60,708 bases of DNA, filler included, from Dimargaris cristalligena (GCA_003614675.1; 4 parts of 4 records of this genome joined end to end with filler, not necessarily neighbours in it), one strand, 5' to 3'; positions 38,598 to 51,428 are shown, counted from the first letter of the whole stretch. Made by a program: numbers and translations. The notes: generated by a model not told the origin, from the letters alone.

Positions 38598-40777
38598 GGG
38601 ACCAGCTAATAATCGATGAACGGTAACAAAAGAGGTAGGATATATCGGCTAAAATTTGTATAGTATGGAAAGGGTCATTAGTAACTTTATGGGTATAATG
38701 AAGAAGCCAGTAGCTCACAGGTGGGCCCATCCTATATAGGTTATATAGGGGTATGGTTAACGAAAACAAGGCTGTCAAAATATAAAACAACCCCATTACT
38801 TTTGGCAGCGGCTCTCTCCATGTGGGACAGAGTCCCCCCTTCCCCTCCACACTTCACCTGCTGACAATTCGGCAAACCCATTTTGTTGGGGATATCCAAG
38901 TAAATATTATTGAGTTCTTGGCTAATTGAGCCTTTTCTCTATTTTTGCTCTTTGCTGACGTCAACGTAATACGATGGGAATTCAAGACATTCCTACCCAC
39001 ACGCTGAGTAGCGGGAGAAGTGGTACCAGCATTAATAGTGGGGTGGAACGATAAACTAGTGGAAATACGGCCATTGGCTATCGAGTACGGAACGACGCCT
39101 CAATTCAAGGCGGGGTCTTCCTTGCCTTTACTCGGAATATATGTGGGTGAAATTCAACAGGGAGACGTAGACTTTTGGCTGAAAAAATGGCTGAATAGCC
39201 GGGTGGACTATTTTAAACCGGTAAAGTTGGTCACATCAAACGCATATTTAGTTACACAGTGGGACTGAGCCTCCCTTATTGATATAATAAACTGGCATCG
39301 GCACCTATATTTTCTATTGGCCTTTTTTAAATTATTACTTATATAATTGTATGTGTATAGTTAAAAAGTATTGACAGTGACCACACTTGGAGGGGAAGGT
39401 CGACTGCCTGTAGTTCCTTTAGTAATGAGCTAGGCAATGGGTATACACATATATTCTGTTTAGTGCTGCCGAGTAACCGAGTTAAGCACCACACTGGCCC
39501 AATCCATTTCTTTTCCTTCATTGCATGTCCCGTTTAATAATATGCCTATTTTCAATGGGATCTCATTCATAGCCAAAAAGAGGGGCTTATTCGATATACC
39601 AATGCACTTCATACTACTTCTTGGCAAAAAATAGCCTAAGGCGGGCATACCTTTTACTGAGGTTTTTAAAACTCTCGAGACATTGGCTAGGCTACAACCT
39701 AAACGACTGCATTTCTTGTAGGCTCATTGGATAATAAGCTTAGTTTTCGTAGACTTTGCAGGTGCTGTTAACGATTTTCTATACGCAAGCGTTCTAGGTA
39801 GCTTATTCAATACCGGTACGAACTACCAAGATTCATTTCAAATGCCATATACCCTACACTCTACTTGAATCTTCTATGGGCGGAAAGAGTATTATTATGG
39901 TCATTTTCCAGCGTATATTGCCTCACTGACCCATGTGCTTACGATCTAACACCCCGTAGAATCAATGTAATCTATACTGCCCACAAACCTCAAATATCTC
40001 ACTGGCCAGTGCCATTTAGTGGACAAGGGATTGCTTTAATTAGTTCCCACCTGGATACCTTATATGATTCCGCTGGGTAGGAGGGGATACCGGCATAATC
40101 GAAGCGCCCAAGTGACGCATATTAAGCAGGGGGTGGGTCGAGAAAGAATCAGTAGATAAACAATTAATATAAGTGGTGTAACAAATTGGTTCCAATCCGA
40201 GGTAATACTTAAATAATGGATAGCATTGGAGACATCGTCTAGAAATAATAATGGGTATCATTGAACCCGAGTGCTGGCCGGGGGAATTATCGGGTCAATT
40301 GTGGGCTGGTAAGAATGACTCCCAGTCTATAATGGGGCAGATTGCCCATATCCTTTGAATACCACCAATGTAATAGTGAGATTGCAAATCTAACAAATCT
40401 TTTAGGCTATCCCACTTTTACATAATGTTAGGGTATGTTGCCCCAGGTGACTGAGATCACTGACCACAAATGTAAGACACTATTAGCAATATCTTAATGA
40501 CCGTCTCTTTCCTATAAACAGGCTCCCCATCTTACTGTAAAATGGGAGCTTAGTACACTTTGGCATCTTCGCCTAGTATCCCATTCCAGAATAGCCTCCA
40601 ATATCCCCCCTTCTCCCGTTAGCCCCGTTTTGTATGTGACAACCCATTTTTGCAACCCCGCCCGCTGTTCTATTGATCTTGGGTTAGCGTATGCATTTAT
40701 CTATTTATTGACTTGCAGTTCCACGGACACAGGTCATTCATAAGTTCGAAAAGGGCTTAATTTCGGTTTACTTCGAG

Positions 40778-43091
40778 TTAGTGCCCTTGGTTTTCAAGAT
40801 CACTACTGTAGCCAATAATACTAAGAAGATCTTCGACAATGAGCTGGGCGACATTGTCGCCAGCAAGCGTCGCGTGTTCAACCGTCTGAATCAAACAAGT
40901 GCAAATGGTGGATCACAAAATATCAATGAGCAGTAATAATCTTTAGTTATTGGTGAAATAGTATTCATTTCTTCACCAAAGCACGGGGTTTTTTGACCAA
41001 CGATAACTAAAGACCGTGCATCCTGTTCACCAAGAACCGCCGCTATCACAATCTAAAATAACTTACATCAATAAACGCATCCATTGCATTGGGATAGTAG
41101 ACCCGGTCATCCAGTTTAATGTGGGGAAAGTCTTGGTTAGCGCGGGGACTCAATATGGGATAGCGGAAATGCTCGTTCGCGTGGAACCATACGACAGTCG
41201 TGAAAAGTTGATTCAAATCCGAGCTATCCAACTGCCTATGCGACGTGACTTTGGTGACGGTCACTGTTTCCAACGGGTTGATCTGCTCATCGTTTAGACC
41301 TCCCTGTTTAATTAGCCCTTGCAGTTCATTCTTCGTCAGAGTATGGACGGTCGTGATGGAGTTGAACAGGGCCTCCTCCATGGAGGTTTCCGTCGAGATG
41401 ATGTAATCGTAACGGTGGCTAGGTCTCACAAATCGGGTGCGTCGGGAACGAATGTGGTGGTTAAAGTGGTCCCAATTGAGCTGACCGATTACAACAGTGG
41501 TATACAGGGACTGGTACTTGACCTGGTCGTTCTTGGGAGGGTTGGCAAGGCCATCGAACACTATCGCATTCCTATCTGGTAAGGATGCTTGAGATGTGGC
41601 CAGCACTACGGCATCGAAATTGTCTATCTGGCCGTCGGCCGTGGTTAACGAATAGATCGCTCGGCCACCCTTACGTTTAGTGATCGTGGTCACTTCCGTT
41701 TGATATTTGACCGTAGCACCGCTGATTATCTGTAAGCGTTTTAATAATTCGTCAAACCCTTCTTTAATCAGATAACGGCCCTGCGGGTACAGGGTCTCGG
41801 CTAAGGCAGCGCAATGGACGTCGCTAAAAGTCTGGTAGAGTTCAAACCGAATGCGGGCCTCAACCACTTCGTTGAGGTAGCGTTCCCTGACATCATCCGT
41901 TGCACCAGCGGCATCTAAAATCGAACATTGTGTTTCGGACTTGGCCGCAAATCTTCTCAGCCCTTGCTCCATGGTTTCAAATGGGTACCGCTCGCTGTAA
42001 ACCCCGTTGTGTTTACTGACATGGTTAGTTGATAACTCCTCGGCCTGCATTATGGCATTAAAAGTATTGGAATGCAAACCCGGCATATGGTTATCTCATT
42101 AGTAAATAATGTAAACCAGGGTTAGTTTAGTATAGGATACAATTGGGAATGAATGTAGCTGGCGAGCGTCGCAATAAAAGATGAAGAATAAACGTCGGTT
42201 CGGCTATGGAATTGTTAAACTATACAGGAAAAACTCGACACGGTTGAATAATATTTTACCCGAGGCTACGGCAGGATAATGGGCAGGGTTTATTTTTCCA
42301 CCCAAAGATCCTGGGACACCTAACGGAATTATATACTATAGGCCTGGGTTGAGCTCATCTCCCAGTCTCACCAAGTCAATCCCGCAACCTAACTTACCTT
42401 TTTTTTCGATCGAATCCCGTAATGAAGCGCCGTTTTAGCAACGCCAAGCGGCTCAAATCGGCTATTTCTGAACACAAACTTTTTACCATCCCAAATTCCG
42501 TATCTTTTGTCCTCGGCAAATGGGTCGGTCGATTTGATTAAAGTTAGGCCGTGGTTTCGGACTAGTGCCGACACGTATCGGTCGCTGTCACGAATAAGGT
42601 TGTGTCCGGCAGTCACTTCAATGGTCTGTAACGGGTATGGGAGGTGAATTCGTCGGACTTGACCGCCGATGCGGTCGGCTTTCTCAAAAATGGTTATTTC
42701 AATGGGTACACCAAATTGCTCCATGCCGTACTGAAGGAAGAATGCCGATGCTACGCCATAGACCCCTCCACCTGAATAAATAATGATAATAGACCATTCA
42801 AACAGCGTCGGTAAAGGTTTAGTTAGACATTACACTGCAGGTTTACCGTGCTCTTGGATTAGGTTGATCAGTATCAAGCAGTTCCAAGAAGTCAATTAGA
42901 GCTTCTCGTGGCAAGAAATAGGACACCTTTGGCGAAGTGTTACTGACCTTGATAGGCAGCAGTTCGATATAAATATATTAAATATATAGTCACCTACCAA
43001 CGACTGCCACCCGAACGGGCTCCGTCGCGTCATATATGGCCCCTGCACTAACCAGACTAAGACCACATAACAATCCGAAGCCGATGTACAT
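40778..43091 (-). CDS. Secreted prenylcysteine oxidase/lyase-like flavoprotein, paralog B; exons 43091-42998, 42771-42398, 42044-41067, 40885-40778
   Basis: Signal peptide; VRVAVVGGGVYG, FEKADRIGG, GIWDGKKFVF, FDAVVLAT and IKLDDRVYYPNAMDAF...TVEHATLAGDNVAQL; intron phases match paralog A. Confidence 0.82.
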
Positions 43092-44041
43092 ATTGTGATC
43101 GGGAGGTATACCAGTAATCCGATATGAAATCACAACTAAAGACGAAAACTAAAATGAGCCGATGAAGAGTCCGTCGGTCAGCCCTCTAATCCTGTAAAAT
43201 AATCAATAAAGAAACGACTGAATTCTAGTACACGCGTATTCCAAATGAAAAGGCGGCTAGGTTGTGAAGCACCGGGATATTTATATAGGCATCGGATGGC
43301 AGTGATAAAGCAGAGTCTCCTCCCCTCTCCCCTGACCAAACGAACAGGTAGCCAGAGGTGCTGTTTCTGGACGCGAGAAACTCCATCGGTACGTTCCCAA
43401 TTGGCTTTGCCACTTAGGCTACTTCAAACGGCCTATTAAAATTGAAAGAAATTGTCTAACAACAGACCTGCGGATCCACAGAGGAGACGCAGGGCAATGT
43501 CGGCAGAGTCGTACGGAAGGGTACATGTGTACCTATTAGTATCAATCTAAGAGCTAATGGTGCAATGAATAGGTAGTTTCACAACCGGTCCTGCCATTTC
43601 CCTGCCCCAATATCTAGCGATGTGTCAGTCGTCCAAAAAATGCCAATATATAATTTTTCGAGGCTGTTAGGGCATAGCCCGCGCATTGTTATTGTGCCCC
43701 TTTTTTTGCTAGGAATGGCCATATATACTTCCTTAGCAGCCGGATTGATATGCGGAGGTCCAATGTAACCCAATGTGCTACGGCTGGGTCACCTGCCTCT
43801 CACCACTGGCGGAAATATAAGAGATATTCCGCTTATAATGGACTAAAATATAATATACACAACTAACTGATGGTTTCCATGTTTCCTAGCCCAATTGGCA
43901 TTTAATCGGCTCACTGAATCGGCGAAAGTAGAGTTACGGGTGGGTGTCAGTTAAGTAATGTATGTTTTTGGGGAATTAAGGCCGCCTTTTTGAATAAAAT
44001 GCCTTAACTTAACCATAGTTTAATAGCTATATTCAACTATA

Positions 44042-44184
44042 ATTGTGAAAAATTCAGCTAAATTGTATACCGAAAAGTCCGATAGATGTGACATATGCCA
44101 CTAGTTAAAATTGAATCCTACCACATAGTTTCCCATATGTATATTAGTTACAATCTTATATGACCGGGTCGAATTTAACACATA
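44042..44184 (+). mobile_element. MITE-like interspersed repeat, copy 5 (diverged, 143 bp)
   Basis: TTCAGCTAAATTGTATACCGAAAAGTCCGATAGATG...CACTAGTTAAA...CCCATATGTATATTA...CGAATTTAACACATA, colinear with the consensus. Confidence 0.55.
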
Positions 44185-44588
44185 CATATCGACATCGATC
44201 TCTAGTGGATAATCGATTAGTCTAAAATTATGTCATTTTATCATATAAAAATTCGATAGGTGGCACATTCAAATCTAGTCGACAGTCCAGTATCCATGAC
44301 TATTCCGGGCTGCCCATTACCGTACTACACCATGTCTGGAATAATCGGGTAAGCCTTGGAGGGAACATGTAGAAGGTGTTCAATATGATGATATTTATTA
44401 AGTATAGTGCTAAAATTTCACTGTAGGGGAAAGATAAGAGGGAGTTCCTGACAGCGTCGAGTATATAATAGACTGGGCCTTGTATTTTAAACCAGTCATT
44501 AGGCTCGTAAATAAGGTGCATACCGGGCTGCTAAACATCCAACGGTGTCATGGCCAACGCTGACCCCCGTAGACTAGCTGACGATGGC

Positions 44589-44966
44589 TTAATAGTAGCT
44601 AGGGCTAACGTAAGAGCCAGGGTCAGAATTGGGACTATAGAGATGAGATGAGGATCCTTGGGTACCTAAGTTCGTTGAGAACGACCGTGTACGACGTGTG
44701 GACGCAGGCTCATAGCGACCAAAGGTGGTTCCCCCAGTCTTTTCATCGAAACCGCTGTTTCTCTTATAGTCGCCTAGACTGCTCGTAGAGCTGCTACGCT
44801 TCAGGGCCTTATCCATGCTGTTCCAGTGACGGGGTTCAGTGGAGATATCCGAAGATCCAGTATCATCAATCGAACTCCCGGAGCTGCCATAGGTGCCATA
44901 GGGACCTGCACAGGCAACAGCCAGCAAGGAAGCGAGGACCAGGGGAGTGGCGACCAGGAACTTCAT
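44589..44966 (-). CDS. Small secreted Ser-rich protein of unknown function (125 aa)
   Basis: Clear signal peptide MKFLVATPLVLASLLAVACA; coding-like composition; no recognisable domain. Confidence 0.7.
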   Translation of the reverse strand: MKFLVATPLVLASLLAVACAGPYGTYGSSGSSIDDTGSSDISTEPRHWNSMDKALKRSSSTSSLGDYKRNSGFDEKTGGTTFGRYEPASTRRTRSFSTNLGTQGSSSHLYSPNSDPGSYVSPSYY

Positions 44967-45530
44967 GATGATGGATGTACTGACATGGGTCAGAATGGAT
45001 TCTTCTCTCTACAGGACAAACTAGTCGCAACCTTTGTTGTGTGATCCCCGCGTATCCCACAGCTGCACCCTTGCATGAGTATTCGGAAGACCTATGTTGG
45101 TTAATCCTCATCCGAAAACGAGTTCTTTTCCGCTTCCTTGTCAGTAAATGTGAATAACTCCGCCCTCATTGATTGACCACACCGAGGCCTACGAGTGGAA
45201 CTTAAGGCTTCCACGTACATATATATATATATACTGTTCACATGAGAACGTTGGAAGATCCGAAACATCTTTTATCCTCCAATTTCCATTATTTTTCCTT
45301 CCTTCCTTTTTCCGCTATTCGTTGAACTCGAAGACCCCGCCAGTTTTTCCCTTCGCGGTTTTATGGCGGTTAATCCATCTGCGGACGATGTCTGAAAGTC
45401 TTAGTATGAGCTTATGTCCACATCTACGCATTTACATATATATATAGCACCAAGCCGGCCCTTAAAACGGCAAGTTATCACCGAGATAAGTTTTTATTAA
45501 TCAGAATAAATATTTACCTTTAACTTCACC

Positions 45531-45630
45531 NNNNNNNNNNNNNNNNNNNNNNNNNNNNNNNNNNNNNNNNNNNNTTAATTAATTAANNNNNNNNNNNNNN
45601 NNNNNNNNNNNNNNNNNNNNNNNNNNNNNN
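45531..45630. other. Artificial contig linker
   Basis: 100-nt N run containing TTAATTAATTAA. Confidence 0.97.
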
Positions 45631-48600
45631 TCGGCCTGGTTAGGGCCGGGGGGGTACAATATGGCGCTATACGGCCTGATATGACGGCGGTCATATCGGT
45701 TGGATTAGGACAGATTAGGAGGGGCGACATAGACCCAAACCAGGCTTACAGCCATATTCTTATTTGCGAGAAAATGATGGGTCGGGGAAGGGGTGTGGAA
45801 ATTCAACGGAACCATTATCCCACTGGCTTTATTTCGTGCAACGCATCTTGTGGCTATCTTAGCTATAATAGCAGGAGTGAGTATATTGTTGGAAATATAA
45901 ATATGATGGTAAATGCAAGTACCTTCAATTGCAACTATAAAGATTTAAAGAAGAGAGAAAGAACCGCAAGGGGCAAAGCTAGATGCCCGCGGTTGGGTTT
46001 ATTATATTGGAAATAGCAGTAATGATGATAAAAACGTTGTTCCGAGTATAGGGTGATATAATCATAGATAGAGAATAGTCCCGGGTATTAGGACGGACCA
46101 ATCAGAGGAAAGGATTCGGAGGGGCGGGAGAAATGAATTTCCAACATATATTGTACCGTCCGACAAATCGTATTTAATTGTCAGTGGTAGATACCAAATC
46201 CTGCCTGTAACAACTCTAATAAACCCATGTTAAAATTGCATATATACTATCAGTGTTTACTCTAACAGTTATAAATTACCAATGCTGTGATTTATTATTT
46301 TAATATTTTTTTTGTCGTTAATACATTTCCAACGAAGCCAGTTCTTTATAGTCTCCACTTGTAACTATTTGTACACATTTCACCGAGCAATTGGCGCTCC
46401 CGTGGAACTCAAAGCTGCTTATAGGTAGCAATAGAATCCCGTGAAGGAGAGACAGCGGTTGTCCACTCATTGATTTTAATATTTTCGAAACCATTATATT
46501 TCAAAATAAACCATTCAGACTTTCGCTAGTATTTTCAGAGGACTTGGGTAATTGTTACCTCTTGTTTCCGGCGGCCCTACCCATCACCTTCCACGGGTTG
46601 CGATACCCCCGAATCCAGGCTGCTTGTGCCTTAAAATTCCCCCTAACCTGTCAACCAGTGACCCTCCACTTCAGCATCAAAAAATCATTAGAGGGAAATC
46701 GAGCCAATCTCTAACATTACTAAGTCTAGTACACCAATGGTGGAGCAGTCCAGAAGTGCTATCCACTATTTCCCGGAAGCTTCATTCAGCAGACTCTCAC
46801 TTTGTGTAGGAAATATAGCATTTACAGGTAATATACCGTACGATATCCTAAATTTTAGATACGATAATTTTCCCCCCTAGAGTGCCTTTAGCTGCTATAT
46901 TTCACAAGTCGCGATATACATTAAACCAATTCTCTAGTCGCAGGTGAACGTGTTTTACCTAATTTAACAATGGCTTTACAATGTGATTGGCGCTTTAGAT
47001 CCTGCCATTCGTCTAAATACACCTGTTTACCAATTCTACTAGACCCCCCCCCCCTTTCGATACCAATTCCCCCTCCCCCCGCCGCTGCATATCTCCTGCC
47101 TTAGATAGTTTGTGAATAAGGATATCTGCATTCAGCGGAGTATTGGGGGAATGAGCCATACAGATTTGTGACTTTCCCATCCTCCAATTATTTAAGCAGT
47201 CCAGGTTAATATTTTTATAGATAATTTGCCTGTTGGGAATAGCCGGTGTGTTTATTAGTGGCGCCGGGGTATTCGTAATAATGTACAGCTTTTCCCGCCA
47301 TGGCTGACCGCCATGAGAGTCGCGGCTATATTATAAGCTAACAGTTAGGATCACACGGGCCGAAAAGGTGGTCAAATTCAGGAGAAACAGCTGGATCGAA
47401 GGGTGAAAGATAGGGGCTGAAGGAAAGCAGGATGGTCTATTTTAGCACCAGTTACTAGAGTGATATCCAACTAAAAGGCACGTTTCATTGAAGCGACAGT
47501 CGAGATGCACCCTAGGTAGAAAAAAAATAAGCAGGACACGGAACTCCCAGGCTTTACTTACTCACTCATTTTGAAAGACTATGTATAGCTCAATGCTCCT
47601 TCCGATGAAGGGAAAAAATGCCCCGAAAGCTGGATATCGTCGATTTTTGCAACCAACCGTGGAATCACCAGGTGCAAATTTCAGTATGTGACAGTGAGGC
47701 TGATGGTGCAGTGATTGGATGGTGCCTCATAGTATACATTGCGACTGTCTAATAGAGGATGTGGGGGGTTGCTGCCTAATCAGTCGGAAAGACCGGAGTA
47801 CTAAGCATTTATGTACACCCCCCCCCTCCTTCCTCCCTCATGGCGACCGAGTGACACAGCTAGTTAAGAGTGGGTATTCACTGGAAGAGAAAATACCTCA
47901 GAGTACAATGGGTGCAATCTAAGCGTATAGATCGATTTTCCAGGTCATTGGCGCCAAAAACTAAAATTGGCCTGGTTTACCGATTGATAATGGACCAGTT
48001 TGATCGTCGCCATGGGTAGGAAAGGGGGTTGGGGTGCCTCCAATTCAGTCGATTCACCACCGAAACTAGATCTTGCATTATGTAACCCCGCGCCACTAGC
48101 CGACATACTGGAAGAACTCGTGATTGCTCTCTCACGGAGATGGCCAACCACCCATCATCTTCAGGCAGCAGTGGCTACTGGGATTTAATCTAGGCGGGCC
48201 ATACATTGTAACCATAGGTGCATGATTTAGAACAGTAACCCTATTCGCCAATTTGAGAGACTGTCTAACCATTCCTATTGAATTTCATTTTACCAGCGAT
48301 ATCGATTATAGTCACAAGTCGCGGAAAGGAAATTTTAGGACGGATTGGGTGAGTTAAGGGGATGCTTGTAGAGTTGGGGTGTTTTTAGGAGTGTTGCCCG
48401 GGAAGTGGCAATGAGGCTCAAGTTGATGAGGTGGGGCCTACATACGACATGGGGTGAATGGCTAAAGAGGGAGGCTGGGTCGAGTTCCCGAACAGGAGGG
48501 GAAGCGAGTGGGGGAGACGGTCTATTCATCCAACAGAAAACATATCATTGAGTCATACCCCCTTATACATAGATGACTAGAAAGCGGTATGCCCACCGAC

Positions 48601-48907
48601 ATGGTGGACGGTCTAAAACTCACTACCGAGTGAGGCGACGCACCCTAATAGACAAACCAACTCCTTTTCATATCCCTGACCAGTCGTCTCCCCGGGGGGT
48701 GAAGGGAGGGTCGGAAAAATGTACCAAATTTACCCAGCCATGCGCCATGAATACCTTGAACTAGGTAGCGCAGACTGCACAAGCGGGGAAACCTAGCATG
48801 CTTGAAACGAGGTGGTCGGTTCCGAGGACTTTCGAGTTCATTTGCCAAGTAGCAGAGCCGTGTAGTTACTCTACCAAATTAGGTGGATCCCCCGGGTGAT
48901 GGTCAAG

Positions 48908-48915
48908 TATAAATA
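48908..48915 (+). promoter_or_regulatory. Putative TATA box of the Gly/His-rich gene
   Basis: TATAAATA about 410 nt upstream of ATG 49322; the pyrimidine-rich leader may contain a 5'-UTR intron. Confidence 0.4.
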
Positions 48916-49321
48916 GTGCACAGATATACCTCCATATTGAACTTTAAGCCTTCGTTCACTTTTACGTATACCCCCTTTTAGATGACACTCGCATTTCTTT
49001 AACGACTCATTTTATCTTTGGATATTGCACTAATAGCAAATTTCCCCGCGTCTTGCATTTGCAACTAATTTCCCTCTAACGACCTTTTAACGATATCGTT
49101 ATACCGTCCAGTCAGCGCATTTCGCTTGACCCATTTTTCGGTATTTTCTACTCATACCCACTCAAACAGTGTGGGCGTTGGCACTTTTCCCAAATCAATT
49201 TTTTGATTTCATTTTTCAAATCTCTACTCAAAAAACCATAATCCCACATCTCTCACTCTCTTTCCCCAACCCGATCAACAATCCCTCCCCCTCCCCCCTT
49301 TTTTTTAAAAAATTTTCGACG

Positions 49322-50623
49322 ATGAAGATCAACATTGCTTACGCCGCACTCTTCGCCAGTGTCATGGCAGCAGGTACTCTGGCCGCCCCAGCTTCTACTA
49401 CTAGCCTCGCTGCGCGCGGGAACGGTTACGGTTCGGACTTCGGTTCCGGCGGATATGGCGGAGGTAACGGCGGTGGCGGAGGTGGCCACGGAGGAAATGG
49501 TGGTGGTCACAGCGGTGGTGGTGGTAATGGTTCCGGCCACGGCGGTAATGGCGGCGGCGGTCACAGAGGTGGCAGCCACGGAGGAGGAGGCCATGGCTCT
49601 GGTCACGGAGGAAATGGCGGTGGCCACAGTGGCGGTAATGGCTCGGGTCACGGCGGTGGTCACAGTGGTGGCGGCGGTAGTGGTCACGGAGGCAATGGCG
49701 GTGGTCACAGTGGTGGCGGCGGTAGTGGTCACGGAGGAAATGGCGGTGGTCATGGAGGGGGCGGCAGCGGCCACGGTGGTAGTGGAGGTGGTGGGGCTGG
49801 CCACGGTGGTAGCGGGAGCGGATATGCTCTTTACCGCCGCGGAGATGGCTACGGCTACGGTGGAAATGGTGGTGGCAACGGCGGCCACGGCGGCAATGGC
49901 GGAAACGGCGGTGGTGTCGGCTCCGGAAACGGGGGTGGATACGGCAGCGGTTCCGGGAATGGCGGAAACGGCGGTAACGGTGGCAATGGTGGAAATGGCG
50001 GCGGTGGTAGCCACAGAGGTGGCGGCAGCGGTCATGGCTCCGGTCACGGTGGCAGCGGCGGCGGAGGCAATGGCTCCAGCCATGGAGGGGGTGGTGGTGG
50101 TGGTCATGGCTCCGGCCACGGCGGTAACGGCGGCGGTCACGGGGGTGGAAGCCATGGAGGAGGCGGCAGCGGCCATGGTTCCGGCCACGGCGGTAACGGT
50201 GGTGGCCACAGTGGTGGTGGCAATGGCGGCGGCCACAGTGGAGGTGGTAACGGCTCTGGCCATGGCGGTAACGGTGGTGGCCACAGTAGTGGAGGTGGTG
50301 GTAATGGCGGCAAAGATAGCGGCTCTGGCTCCGGCTATGGTGGCTCCGGCGGTGGATATGCCCTCTACCGCCGCGGCGATGGTTACGGTTACGGCGGTAA
50401 CGGTGGTGGCCACGGACATGGTGGTAACGGCGGAGGACATGGATCCGGCCACGGGGGTGGTTTCGACAACAGCCACGGTGGCGGACATGGTGGCCATGGT
50501 AGTCACGGCCATGGTGGTGACTTTGATCGCGGACATGGCGGTCACGGTGGAAACGGTGGTGGACATGGCTCCGGACATGGCGGCAATGGCGGTGGTCACG
50601 GCGGCTTCTCGGGCGGTTACTAA
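49322..50623 (+). CDS. Secreted Gly/His-rich repetitive precursor with Kex2-type cleavage sites (433 aa)
   Basis: Signal peptide MKINIAYAALFASVMAAGTLA; pro-segment ending LAAR; two identical YALYRR|GDGYGYGG junctions; GGH/GGN/GSG repeats with synonymous variation at third positions. Confidence 0.88.
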   Translation: MKINIAYAALFASVMAAGTLAAPASTTSLAARGNGYGSDFGSGGYGGGNGGGGGGHGGNGGGHSGGGGNGSGHGGNGGGGHRGGSHGGGGHGSGHGGNGGGHSGGNGSGHGGGHSGGGGSGHGGNGGGHSGGGGSGHGGNGGGHGGGGSGHGGSGGGGAGHGGSGSGYALYRRGDGYGYGGNGGGNGGHGGNGGNGGGVGSGNGGGYGSGSGNGGNGGNGGNGGNGGGGSHRGGGSGHGSGHGGSGGGGNGSSHGGGGGGGHGSGHGGNGGGHGGGSHGGGGSGHGSGHGGNGGGHSGGGNGGGHSGGGNGSGHGGNGGGHSSGGGGNGGKDSGSGSGYGGSGGGYALYRRGDGYGYGGNGGGHGHGGNGGGHGSGHGGGFDNSHGGGHGGHGSHGHGGDFDRGHGGHGGNGGGHGSGHGGNGGGHGGFSGGY

Positions 50624-51229
50624 TTACCCCCCCCATCGTCCCCCAGTATTTGCACCTGTACAATGACAATTGCAAGCTCATAAAACGACCGCTTTCTACA
50701 CTAATTGCCTTTCCAACTCTGGTTTTTGCAGTAATTCTGCAACAATAAATTGCTAGAAATCTTATTTGAATCGGTATATTTTATTATTGTGATTATTAGG
50801 AGATAGGTGCACGGGATTAAAGTGTTACGGTCGGAATAATATCCCAATCAGGTGGGGATATCTAGAAGTGTGATTGGTCAGAATCGCCTAACACGCCTTT
50901 CGGAAATGAATGATAGTGTGTGCGTGTGTGTTTGGTGAAAAGTATACTCCTCCAACAGGGGGGTGGTGGTGATGGCTCAGCCCATCGCCAGGCGGGTAAA
51001 AGATCTAGAGGATCTATTTCGGGACGCGAACCCTGAGAATGCCTAGAGGGTGCGGCTGGGAAAGTTCCCCTGGATAATTGCCTAAACTAGTTTTTGGTCG
51101 GGGACTAAGCATGTTGTTTGGGGGGGCTTATAACGCTAGTGGAGTGGATCGCGAATCCCCGCTACTGTCAGCGTGCCGGATGCCCAAAGTCGCTGTCTGT
51201 TTGGAAAAACCCTCACCCGGCTGTTGTAT

Positions 51230-51253
51230 ATTATTATTATTATTATTATTATT
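51230..51253. repeat. (ATT)n microsatellite
   Basis: About 8 ATT units. Confidence 0.85.
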
Positions 51254-51428
51254 TTACTGGGGGTGACCCAGGTGGTTTTGGAAGGGCCAATGGGGGTCTT
51301 TTTAATGGTCTATTTATAGTTGATACTAGTTTTGCGCTATACCCTCTTGAGCAATTCATTCGAGAGTGCTGCGTGAATGGATGCCGAATAGATAGCAGAG
51401 ATAGGTCTGGGTCGCTACTCCCATTAAA

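Noticed and set aside
49253..50681. Three additional ORFs of more than 400 aa overlapping the Gly-rich gene
   Set aside because: GGN-codon repeats lack stops in the alternative frames; only the Gly frame has a signal peptide and wobble-position variation.
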